Positions 29,379 through 38,497 of a stretch of DNA of 57,494 nucleotides are shown piece by piece. Positions within the stretch are counted from its first letter, which is position 1. Every line of letters begins with the position of its first letter. The stretch is from assembly GCA_031409335.1 (NCBI GenBank), contig JANNWY010000299.1, positions 1-57,494 on the forward strand. The letters are read 5' to 3'. This DNA comes from Chthoniobacteraceae bacterium (lineage in GTDB: Bacteria > Verrucomicrobiota > Verrucomicrobiia > Chthoniobacterales > Chthoniobacteraceae). A program made the translations under genes and the position numbers. A model generated the notes under the pieces. It saw nothing but the letters and a program-made list of their open reading frames with translations. It made no database searches and was not told the DNA's origin.

Positions 29379-30058
29379 GCCTCATCCGCCTCGACTCCAT
29401 CAGCCGCAGCTACGAGATGGGCAGCGAGACGGTCCACGCGCTGCGCGGGGTTTCGATCAACATCGAGCGCGGCGAATACGTCGCGATCATGGGCCCGTCC
29501 GGCTCCGGGAAATCGACGCTCATGAACCTCATCGGCTGCCTCGATACACCGTCGTCGGGAACCTATGAATTGAACCGAAACAACGTCAGCGAAATGGACG
29601 ACAACGCCCTCGCCGAAATCCGCAACCGCGAGATCGGATTCGTATTCCAGACCTTCAACCTGCTCGCGAGATCGAGCGCGCTCCGCAATGTCGAGCTGCC
29701 ACTCATCTACGCCGGAGTCGGCCTGGAAGAGCGCCGCGAAATCGCCCTCGCCGCGCTCAGTGATGTCGGCCTCGCCGACCGCGTGACCCACAAGCCCAAC
29801 GAAATGTCCGGCGGCCAGCGCCAGCGCGTCGCCGTCGCCCGCGCCCTCGTCAACAAGCCCTCGATCCTCCTCGCCGACGAACCGACGGGCAATCTCGACA
29901 CGCGCACCGGCACGGAAATCCTCGAACTCTTCGCCACCCTCTCTAAGAAAGGCAACACGCTCATCGTCGTCACCCACGAAGAAAACGTCGCCCGCCACGC
30001 CCGCCGCATCATCCGCATCCGCGACGGCCTGGTGGCAAGCGATGAGGCAGTGCCCTGA
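29375..30058 (+). CDS. MacB/LolD-type ABC transporter ATP-binding protein
   Basis: Walker A 'GPSGSGKST', '[11 protein letters not shown]', 'MSGGQRQR', '[10 protein letters not shown]', 'VTHE'. Confidence 0.95.
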   Translation: MSLIRLDSISRSYEMGSETVHALRGVSINIERGEYVAIMGPSGSGKSTLMNLIGCLDTPSSGTYELNRNNVSEMDDNALAEIRNREIGFVFQTFNLLARSSALRNVELPLIYAGVGLEERREIALAALSDVGLADRVTHKPNEMSGGQRQRVAVARALVNKPSILLADEPTGNLDTRTGTEILELFATLSKKGNTLIVVTHEENVARHARRIIRIRDGLVASDEAVP

Positions 30059-30175
30059 GTCCCCGGTGGTTCATGGCGCTTGGATTTTCCTAAATGGAAA
30101 CCGCGCCCTCCACATCAGATCCCGCGCGACCGTGCTCTTTGAACACCCGGTCGTCCCGGCAATCACCACGAGTAC

Positions 30176-30625
30176 ATGTCGATGCGTTTGATGCGGCAGC
30201 GCACGAAAGATTTCCTTGCTGAGTTCGCGCTGGCCCGCCTCGGCCTGCTGCGCAATCTCGCGCTGTACGTGCAGCAACACGGCAATGATGACCTCGCGAT
30301 ACTGCTCAACTCCGGCTTTGACGCGCAGAAGGAGCCGCAGCCGGCGGGGGTGCTGCCAGCTCCGCATGGCGCGACGCTGACGCAAAGCCCGCTTTCCGGA
30401 CGGCTCGACTTTCGGACGGCAGCGGTCGTGAACGCGAGCGCTTATGAAGGCCAGATGACGACGGATATCAACAAAAGCGAGTGGGAGGATGTGGGGACGT
30501 TTTCGGCTACCCGCTTTTCGCTCGATGATCTGAAGCCGGGCACGGTGTTCTGGGCCCGCTCGCGCGCGGTCGGCTCCGCCGGGCCGGGCGCATGGAGCGA
30601 TGCGGTGTCGGCGATGGCGATGTGA
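30176..30625 (+). pseudogene. Fibronectin type III-domain protein, probably N-terminally truncated
   Basis: 'LLRNLALYVQ....DLAILLNSGF', 'LPAP' and an FN3 end 'LKPGTVFWARSRAVGSAGPGAWSD'. As I recall them, such proteins are longer, and the first ~20 aa here look unrelated. Confidence 0.5.
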
Positions 30626-30857
30626 CACGCCCGGGAAGGGATACAACTCCGCGGGTATGTTTCACGCGATCCGGCGTGTGCCGGTGACGTGGGATGGCCC
30701 GCGGAGTTTGTGCATGAGGCGCGGAGTTTTGGAAGGAAGGGGGCGCTTGCTGTAACCCCCGCTTGAGATACCGCGCTTGGGATGAGAAATCGACCCGTGG
30801 CCGCTGGCACGAATATTCTCAGCCCGCGCCTTTGCGGGTCGATCCTGGAGCTTGATC

Positions 30858-33377
30858 CTAAAACTTAATCGGTTCCGGCGGGTCGAGCTTGATCGCACTT
30901 TCCTGGACTTGCATCTGCTCGGAGACTTGCACCGCGGCTGCACGCCTGACCTCGGGTTCGCCGGAGGCGGTGGGCGCGGCTGGCGTGGGGATCTCGCTCG
31001 AACTGGTCAGCGGCGCGACCTGGCCATCCAGTGCCTTTGCGGCGACGACATTGTTCAAAGCCTGCGCGGAGTTGAAGGGATCGCGATCCCCGATCACGGT
31101 CGGACCCTTCATCAAGACCGGTTTCTTTTCCGCAGTGCTGACGGCCGCGACGGCGCGGGGCCATTCGGCGGCGGGAATGATTTTTAGAAGGCTTTGTTGC
31201 GCACCGCCATTGTGAACGGAGCAGGGGTCTTTCGGGACGGAGTTTTCGGATGCGAGTTCAAAGTAGGTGGTGCGCCGCGTGACGGTCTCGCCGGTGTCCC
31301 GGTTCTGCGAAGTCTCGATGCATTTCGGCGTGGCAAGCTGGCCGCTGGCGGTGCAAATCTCCGCCTTCACCACGCCGGCTGGCTGGGCGATTTCGTTCGG
31401 GCGATAGGTCGCAAACGTCGCGGCCATGATCTTCGTCCAGATGGGCAGCGCGACCTCGTTGGAAAATGCGCCGCGATAAATCGTGCGCGGTTTATCGAAG
31501 CCGACCCAGACGCCGCAAGTGACGGCGCTGGAATAGCCGAGGAACCAGTCGTCGGTAAAGTTGTACGCCGTCCCGGTCTTGCCACCGAGCGGGAATTTCT
31601 TGAGGCCGAGTTCGGTGAACGCACTCTCGCCGGTGCCACGCTCGAGCACTTCAGTGAGGCAACTGTGGATCTGGTAGGCTACCGCAGGCTTGCAGGCTTG
31701 CACGACTTCGGTCTGTGCGGAGAAGAGCGCTCGTCCGCCTTTTTCCTCGATGCGATTGATGATGAACGGGCGGGCGGCGCGACTGCCCAAATTTGGGAAA
31801 ATGCTCGTCGCGAGCGTCATCTCCATGAGCGTGCATTCGCTGCTGCCGAGATAGGTCGCCGGGAATGGACGCAGCGCGCTTTCGACGCCGGCGCGCTTCG
31901 CGAAATCGGTCACTTTCTCAATGCCCGTGGCGGAGCCGAAACGGACGGTGGCGGCGTTCTTTCCCTTCACCAGCGCATCGCGCGCGGAGATCGCGCCGTC
32001 GTATTTGTTGTCCAGCCGCTCCGGTCCCCACTCGCCGAGGATGCCGGTGAGTCCGCCGATCATCACCTGGCGATTATCCATCACCGCATCCTGCACGATG
32101 GTGCCGGGGAAAAGCCCCTGCTCGAAACCCGCGGCAAAGACAAACGGCGTGAACGCGGTGCCCACCGGACGCCGCGCCGCGAGCGCGCGATCGTATTCGC
32201 TGTGCTGAAAATCGCGACCGCCGATCAGCGCGAGGATGCCGCCGGTGCCGTTGTCGAGGACGACCGCCGCACCTTGCAGATAATCCGGCGCGGGCACCGG
32301 CTCGGGCTCCACGCCGGGGATCGCTGGCTTGGCGGCGCGCGCTTTCGCCATCGCATCGTAGTCGCCGTAAAGCGGATGCTCGAACCCTTCGTGCCGCTCA
32401 ACCGCGGCGAGCCGGTCGCGCATCGCGAGCTCGGCCTTCTTTTGCAATTCGAGATCGATCGTCGTGTAAATCCGGTAGCCATCGGACACTGCGGCGTCAT
32501 GGCCGACCAGCTTTTCGACCTGCTGCGCCACGAGATCCGCCGCGTAGCTTTCCTGATGAATTGGCCGGCGATTTTTGACGATGAGATCCTGATTCGAAGT
32601 CTCGTTGTAGGTCTTCTCGTCGATCAGCCCGATCTCCCGCGCGCGTTGCAGGACGCGGTTGCGCTGCTCGACACACGCTTCGCGATTTTTCCATGGCGAG
32701 AGATTTGACGGGCTGCGCAGCAATCCCGCGAGCGTCGCGGCCTCGCTCAGATTCAGATCGCGCGCGCGTTTCGCAAAGTATCCACGCGCCGCAGCCTCCG
32801 CTCCGTAAAAGCCCGAGCCGAAGAACACGCGATTGAGATAAAGCTCGAGGATTTGCTCCTTGCTGCACCGCTTCTCGATCTCACGGGCGGCGGCCATTTC
32901 GTAGAGCTTCCGATCGACGCCGCGATCGTTCGCGGGGAGTTCATCGGTGAAGGTATTTCGGGCAAGCTGCTGCGTGATCGTGCTCGCACCCTGCCGCTTG
33001 CGCTTGCTGCGAAAATTCACGACGACCGCGCGGACGATGCCTTTGAAATCGACGCCGCTGTGCTGGTAAAACCGCGCATCCTCCGCCGCGACGACCGCGG
33101 TGATCAGCGATGCCGAGAGTTCCTTGAAGGCCACCTGGTCGCGATTCTGGATGAAGATGCGGCCGAGGACCGCGCCGTTGCGATCGTAGATGATCGACGC
33201 GCTTTCCATGTCCTCCAGTTTTGAATAATCCAGCTTTGACGCGCGCGCCTCCCACTTTGTCTTGTGGTAAAGCACGACCAGGCTGCCCGCGATGAACGCG
33301 GCAAATAGCATGAGCAGCGGCACGAAGAACCATGCGCGGCGATAGAACGGTTTGCGTTTAAGTACGATGTCCCACAT
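30858..33377 (-). CDS. Class A penicillin-binding protein (PBP1A-like); glycosyltransferase motifs intact, transpeptidase motifs substituted
   Basis: N-terminal TM; GT51 'AEDARFYQHSGVD', 'GASTITQQLARN', 'ILELYLN'; TP domain 'RPVGTAFTPF', 'KGKN', 'GGKTGT'. Confidence 0.92.
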   Translation of the reverse strand: MWDIVLKRKPFYRRAWFFVPLLMLFAAFIAGSLVVLYHKTKWEARASKLDYSKLEDMESASIIYDRNGAVLGRIFIQNRDQVAFKELSASLITAVVAAEDARFYQHSGVDFKGIVRAVVVNFRSKRKRQGASTITQQLARNTFTDELPANDRGVDRKLYEMAAAREIEKRCSKEQILELYLNRVFFGSGFYGAEAAARGYFAKRARDLNLSEAATLAGLLRSPSNLSPWKNREACVEQRNRVLQRAREIGLIDEKTYNETSNQDLIVKNRRPIHQESYAADLVAQQVEKLVGHDAAVSDGYRIYTTIDLELQKKAELAMRDRLAAVERHEGFEHPLYGDYDAMAKARAAKPAIPGVEPEPVPAPDYLQGAAVVLDNGTGGILALIGGRDFQHSEYDRALAARRPVGTAFTPFVFAAGFEQGLFPGTIVQDAVMDNRQVMIGGLTGILGEWGPERLDNKYDGAISARDALVKGKNAATVRFGSATGIEKVTDFAKRAGVESALRPFPATYLGSSECTLMEMTLATSIFPNLGSRAARPFIINRIEEKGGRALFSAQTEVVQACKPAVAYQIHSCLTEVLERGTGESAFTELGLKKFPLGGKTGTAYNFTDDWFLGYSSAVTCGVWVGFDKPRTIYRGAFSNEVALPIWTKIMAATFATYRPNEIAQPAGVVKAEICTASGQLATPKCIETSQNRDTGETVTRRTTYFELASENSVPKDPCSVHNGGAQQSLLKIIPAAEWPRAVAAVSTAEKKPVLMKGPTVIGDRDPFNSAQALNNVVAAKALDGQVAPLTSSSEIPTPAAPTASGEPEVRRAAAVQVSEQMQVQESAIKLDPPEPIKF

Positions 33378-33464
33378 GGGCGGTTTGTCCCGCTCGAAGC
33401 GGCCCCGTCATTCCCATGAATCGCCCCGCCGCGCAACCAAAACGATGGCGTGCGCGATCGGGAA

Positions 33465-36400
33465 TCACGCTCGCCGAGCGCGCGGACGGTGAACTGCGAA
33501 GCCGAGGATTCCGAAAAGCAGCAGGCTTGCGGTGCCGGGCTCGGGCACCGGCTGGACGTTGCCCGGTGAAACCAAATCCGGCCCGGCAAAATCCGCGATG
33601 CCGCCGTCCGCGCCGACGGGCGCGGGCAGGAGCGCGCTGTCGAGCGTCACCACCGCACCGTCGGCAATGTTGAGCGCGCCGATCGTCTGGCTCGCGCCAA
33701 AATCGAGTTCGGCGAGCACGTTCACCGTCGCCATGCCATTCGTGAACGCGCCGTGCAGATGGGTCGTCCCGGAATCGGCATTCAGAATCGCGTAATCCTG
33801 CGCGCCATTGAGTTCGAGCAGGTTGGCCGGATCGCCGGCGTTGGTCACGGTGCCGGTGCCGCTGATCGCATTTGGCACGATCAGCGTGTCGCTGCGATTG
33901 AAGATCAGCAGTGCGTCATTCGTCACCGCGCCCGTGCCGAGCGTGCCAGTCGTGCCTCCCGCCCCGACTCGCAGCGTGCCGGTGCTCACCGTCGTCGTGC
34001 CGCTGTAGGCGCTGTTGCCGGCGATCGTCGTCACGTAGGGCGCCTGGCCCTTGAAGACCACGCCGGAGGCCGCGCTTTCGCCGATCGACCCGAGCGTGAG
34101 GTTTGCGCCGCCGGCTGCCGCTGCGTTGCTGAAGCCGGGATCGAAGAGACGGAATTCCGCGTTGCCGCCGGTGAGCGTCACGGTGTCAAAGCTCACCGTG
34201 CGATTGGTCACGTCGTTCTTGTTAAATCCGAAAATCTGGCCACCGCCGATTTTCAAGTTGGCGAAATTGGCTGTGATGTCCACCGCGCCGAGCGCGTTGT
34301 AATTCACGTACCCGGTCCCGGCGATCGCGATGTCATTTCCGAAAACGACGGTCTCGCCCGACGTATTCATGCGCGTCTGGAATTGCGAGTAGGTGCCCTG
34401 CAAATTGCCGAGCCGCGTGCCGCCGGTGAGCACAATTTTGCCGGTGCCGAGCGGATTCGGAGCGAACGAGCCGGCGATCTGAATCTCGAATTTTGTGCTC
34501 TGTCCGGCGGTGATGGTGCCGCTGAAATCGCTGACGCCGCCGCCGCGCAGGCGGAAGCCGGGGCCGCCATCCGGCGCGGCATTGTTCGTGCCGGCCTGGA
34601 TGATGAGGTTGCCATCACCGCGCAGCGTGCCGAGCAGGATGGCTTCGCTGTTGACGGCGAGATTCGCCGAGTCGGCAAGCAGGATGGTGGACGTGGTGCC
34701 GGTGGCGGCAGTGAGGTCGTTTGAGGTCGTCCGCGCGGGATTGCCCTGCGAAGCGAGCGTGCCGCCTTGCAGGATGATGGGATTGTCGAGCGGCGCGCCG
34801 ACTTGGAAGGTGGCGGTCGGGTTCACCGTGATGGTGCCGGTGCCGGGTCCGTTCACGCTGGTGGCAACGACGGTGCCGCCGCTCACAAAGAGCCCGCCTG
34901 AAAAGTCGCTGCTCGCGCCGTTGAGGGTGAGCCGGCCTGCGAGGGTCTTGGTGACGCTCGCAGCGCCGAGGATGTCTCCGGAGAAAAAAGTGTTGCCCGT
35001 CTGCGCGACGGCGAGCGAACCGGCGCCGAGATTGAGCGTGGTGCCAGCCACGCCGGTCAGCGAACTGACGCTCACCGCGGTGTCGCTCCCATCGAGCGTG
35101 CCCGCATTCATGACGAGCGCGGTGCCCGCGGGAAGCGCGCCTGCTACGCCAATCTTGAGCGCGCCGCCATTGACGGTCGTCGCGCCGCCATAGCTGTTCC
35201 CCGCATTGCTCAACACCAGCGCGCCATCGCCGCTCTTAGTTAGAGCCCCGTTTGAAACCGCGCCGCTGACGGTGAGTTCGGGCGCGGTGCCGGGGGCGAC
35301 GGTGAAGATCCGCGCGCCGCCGAGATTGATGTTGCCGGAAACCGTCGCGCTTCCCGCCGCGCCGTTTTTCGCCACATCCCCGCCGAGCGCGAGATGCGCC
35401 GCGACGCTCGCGCCGTCGCCGATTGTGACGGCGCCAGCGACGGTGAGATTTCCCGCGAGCACGCTGCCATCGACGCTGAGCGCGGCGATGGAGTCAGTCA
35501 TCCCATTCACATCCAGTATGCCGCTCGACGCGACGGCGACCGCGCCAGTATCCGGCAGCGAATTGCTGGCGCCGAGCCGCAGCGTGCCGTTGTTCACAGC
35601 CGTGCCGCCGCTGTAGGTATGCGGGCCGGAGAGCGTCAGCGTGCCGGTGCCATCCTTCGTCAGCGAGCCGGTGCCGATGATCGCGTTTCCCGCCGAGCCG
35701 GTGATCGAGTAATTTGGCCGCGCGCTGCCGTTGTTCACGGTCACGTTGAAAGGCGACACGTTGCCGGCGTTGATGACGATGTTCGTGTTCAGCCCGGCGG
35801 CGGTGTCGTCGATCACGACCTTGTGATTGTTGGCGAATGTCGCGAGCGTTTTCCAGTTGGCGGTCGTCGTGTTCCAGTTGCCGTTCACGGTGCCGTCCCA
35901 CGTGTCGGTCGGTGTGATGTAGAGCAGCCGGATGGCGCTGTTCGCGCCAGTGCCGTAGTTCAGCACGAAGCCGGAGGGCAGCGCAGGCACCGTGCCGAAA
36001 GTACCCGCAAGCGTGCCCGTGTAAGTGGCCAGCGTGTAGTCGGCGGTCGCATAAGTATTCCCGCCGGGCAGGCTGAGAATGCTCGTGCCGCCGAGAGTGA
36101 GATTGCCGCCGACCACGAGCAGATCGCTCGATGCCGCGTTGGTCGCCTCGTATTGAAAAGTGCCATTCAGCGTGATGTCGCCCACGGTCAGCGTGCCGAT
36201 GCTGAAGCCCGGCGCAAGCGTCGCACCCGCCGCGATCGTGACGCCGCCAACGATCGAGCCCGTGCCTTTAATCAAGCCAATCCCCGCAGTCGCGACCGCC
36301 GGGCCGAGCGTGTTGCCCGCGGCATTCAGCGCCGCGCCGGATGTGATGTTGATGTTGTGAACAAAGCCGACGCTCAGCGAAACGTCATCGCCCGTCGTGT

Positions 36401-38369
36401 TGGTGTCGGCGACCTTGAGTCCGACGGTCACGCCGTTCGCCCACTCGCCGCCTGCGGGAAAGGGCACGGTGCCGCCGGTCGCCCCGATCGTGAGGTAGCC
36501 GCCGATGCCGGTGAGCGCGGCAAGCCGCGCCGGGGCGAGGATGGATTGCGTGGCGTTGCCATCGAGCTTCGCGACATTGGTCGCGCCGCTGTCGGTGAAA
36601 GCGAGGCCGGCGGGCGCGCCGTTGTTCGCGGTGTAGCCGCGCGTGTTGCGCGGCGTGGCGACGATGCGCAATCCGCCGCCTTCGCCCGCATTGCTGCCAT
36701 TCACGATGATGTCCGCGCCGCCCGCGCCCGGCGCGTTGAAGGTCGCGCCCGCTTCATTCGAGCTGCCGGGAAGCGCGCTGCCGTCGCGGAAGGGAAGCTG
36801 GATTTCCAACACCGACTCGCTCCCCGCGGTGCCGCTGCCGCGGATGTCGCCCTGCATTTCGATGTAGCCCGTGGGCCGCAGCGAACCTCCCACCGCGCCC
36901 GTGCCCATCCAGCTCTGCACGATTTTCACCGTGCCGCCGGCTTGGATGTCCGTGAGCGCCTTTACCTGCACGCCATTCTGGTTGGCAACGTCTGTGCGGA
37001 TACGGGTGTCGAAGCTCGCCGCACCGCCGCTTTCGACAGTCAGCGTGCGCCCGTTGATCGTCGCGCTGCCGAGCACTAGCGGAAATAGCTGCGTCGCCAC
37101 GAGCGCGGCGCCGGTGCCGCGTCCCGCAAACGCGACGTTGCCCGCATTGCCACTGGCCGTGCCGCGGACGGTGATGGGCGCGTCGATCTGCCGGAGCGCA
37201 TTGGCAACGGTGATCTGAATTGCGCCTTCGAGATTGAGGCCTCCGTTGAAGGTGTAAGTCGCGGGCGTGCCCGCGCCGGAGACGAGGAAAAAGCGCCCGG
37301 TATTTTTTTCGATGCCCTGTCCGGTCGGGTCACCGCCCGCCACACCGCGCCAAGTCAGCAGGCCAGGGAAGGCGTTGAAGGCCGTGGTCATCTCGATGGT
37401 CGCGCCGTTGGTCGCCTCCAAAGTCAGCGGCGTATTGGCCGCGGCGCTGCTCAGCGTGCCGATGCGCAGGGTGTTGCCGTTGACGGTCCAGTCGCCGCTC
37501 GCGGGATTGTTCGAGGCGATGCCGTTCAGGCCGCCGTTGAATTTAATCACCGGCGCCACGCCGCCCGGCGTGAGCGTGATCGAGAAAACCGCGCCCGCAT
37601 TGTTGTTGATGCGTCCGTTCAGATTCAGCGTCCCGCCGTTCGCGCCGAAGGTAATCGCACGCGCCGGGGTCGTCGCCAGGATCGCGCCCGTCCCGTTTCG
37701 CGAAATCCTCAACTCGCCGCCGTCGATCGTGAGCGCGCCGCCATTGCCGAGCACGCTGTTTCCAGCCGCCGGCAAATCGATCGCGCCGTTCACCACTGTG
37801 GTCGTCACTTCCAGCACACCACCCGTGATCGTCGTCCCGCCGCTGTAGCTGTTTGCGATGTTGTTAAACAACGCGGTGCCGCTGTTCGATTTCGTCAGCA
37901 GCCCCGTGCCGCCGATCGCACCCGTCAAGCCCAGTAAACCAGTGCCCGCGCCATCGAGCCCGAGCGGATTCGTCGCCGTGATATTCGAGGCGATCGTGAA
38001 CGCGCCGCTCCCGCTCTGCGTGATCGCCGCGCCCGTGTCGTCCGCATTAAAATCGAGCCCGCCGACGCCGATCGTTTGCGTGACGGTCGCGGTGCTGTTG
38101 AGCGTCAGCGTGTTCAGCAGGAAGGGACTCGCGAGATTGTTGTTCGCCGTGTATTGCGTCCCGCCGCTGCCGTTGAAAATGAGATCGGTCGCGATGAGGC
38201 TGTCGAGCGCGGTCGGCGCGGTCGGATTCCACGCGGCGGCACTCCAGTTGAGCACGCCGGAATTAGTATCGAGCCAGGTGAACGTCGCGGCGGAAAGTGC
38301 TGGCGCGACGACGGCGAGGATCGAGGCGCTGAGGATCGGCAGCCGTGACGGGAAACGGGACGCTTTCAT
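33465..38369 (-). CDS. Large PEP-CTERM surface protein with autotransporter-associated beta-strand repeats
   Basis: Signal peptide; repeated 'LTK.G.GTL.L...N.YSGGT.VN.G.L'; C-terminus 'VPEPGTASLLLFGILGFAVHRPRARRA'. Start reassigned to ATG 38369. Confidence 0.92.
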   Translation of the reverse strand: MKASRFPSRLPILSASILAVVAPALSAATFTWLDTNSGVLNWSAAAWNPTAPTALDSLIATDLIFNGSGGTQYTANNNLASPFLLNTLTLNSTATVTQTIGVGGLDFNADDTGAAITQSGSGAFTIASNITATNPLGLDGAGTGLLGLTGAIGGTGLLTKSNSGTALFNNIANSYSGGTTITGGVLEVTTTVVNGAIDLPAAGNSVLGNGGALTIDGGELRISRNGTGAILATTPARAITFGANGGTLNLNGRINNNAGAVFSITLTPGGVAPVIKFNGGLNGIASNNPASGDWTVNGNTLRIGTLSSAAANTPLTLEATNGATIEMTTAFNAFPGLLTWRGVAGGDPTGQGIEKNTGRFFLVSGAGTPATYTFNGGLNLEGAIQITVANALRQIDAPITVRGTASGNAGNVAFAGRGTGAALVATQLFPLVLGSATINGRTLTVESGGAASFDTRIRTDVANQNGVQVKALTDIQAGGTVKIVQSWMGTGAVGGSLRPTGYIEMQGDIRGSGTAGSESVLEIQLPFRDGSALPGSSNEAGATFNAPGAGGADIIVNGSNAGEGGGLRIVATPRNTRGYTANNGAPAGLAFTDSGATNVAKLDGNATQSILAPARLAALTGIGGYLTIGATGGTVPFPAGGEWANGVTVGLKVADTNTTGDDVSLSVGFVHNINITSGAALNAAGNTLGPAVATAGIGLIKGTGSIVGGVTIAAGATLAPGFSIGTLTVGDITLNGTFQYEATNAASSDLLVVGGNLTLGGTSILSLPGGNTYATADYTLATYTGTLAGTFGTVPALPSGFVLNYGTGANSAIRLLYITPTDTWDGTVNGNWNTTTANWKTLATFANNHKVVIDDTAAGLNTNIVINAGNVSPFNVTVNNGSARPNYSITGSAGNAIIGTGSLTKDGTGTLTLSGPHTYSGGTAVNNGTLRLGASNSLPDTGAVAVASSGILDVNGMTDSIAALSVDGSVLAGNLTVAGAVTIGDGASVAAHLALGGDVAKNGAAGSATVSGNINLGGARIFTVAPGTAPELTVSGAVSNGALTKSGDGALVLSNAGNSYGGATTVNGGALKIGVAGALPAGTALVMNAGTLDGSDTAVSVSSLTGVAGTTLNLGAGSLAVAQTGNTFFSGDILGAASVTKTLAGRLTLNGASSDFSGGLFVSGGTVVATSVNGPGTGTITVNPTATFQVGAPLDNPIILQGGTLASQGNPARTTSNDLTAATGTTSTILLADSANLAVNSEAILLGTLRGDGNLIIQAGTNNAAPDGGPGFRLRGGGVSDFSGTITAGQSTKFEIQIAGSFAPNPLGTGKIVLTGGTRLGNLQGTYSQFQTRMNTSGETVVFGNDIAIAGTGYVNYNALGAVDITANFANLKIGGGQIFGFNKNDVTNRTVSFDTVTLTGGNAEFRLFDPGFSNAAAAGGANLTLGSIGESAASGVVFKGQAPYVTTIAGNSAYSGTTTVSTGTLRVGAGGTTGTLGTGAVTNDALLIFNRSDTLIVPNAISGTGTVTNAGDPANLLELNGAQDYAILNADSGTTHLHGAFTNGMATVNVLAELDFGASQTIGALNIADGAVVTLDSALLPAPVGADGGIADFAGPDLVSPGNVQPVPEPGTASLLLFGILGFAVHRPRARRA

Positions 38370-38497
38370 ATTGGGGGATTTTGGGAGTTGAGGTGACGGC
38401 CGGTTCAACCAAGCGACCAGCCAACGCGGATTTGCTTACCGAAATCCCATCCCGAGCGCAATCGTCAATAGCGACTGCGAGTCAGCCGCGAGAACTG

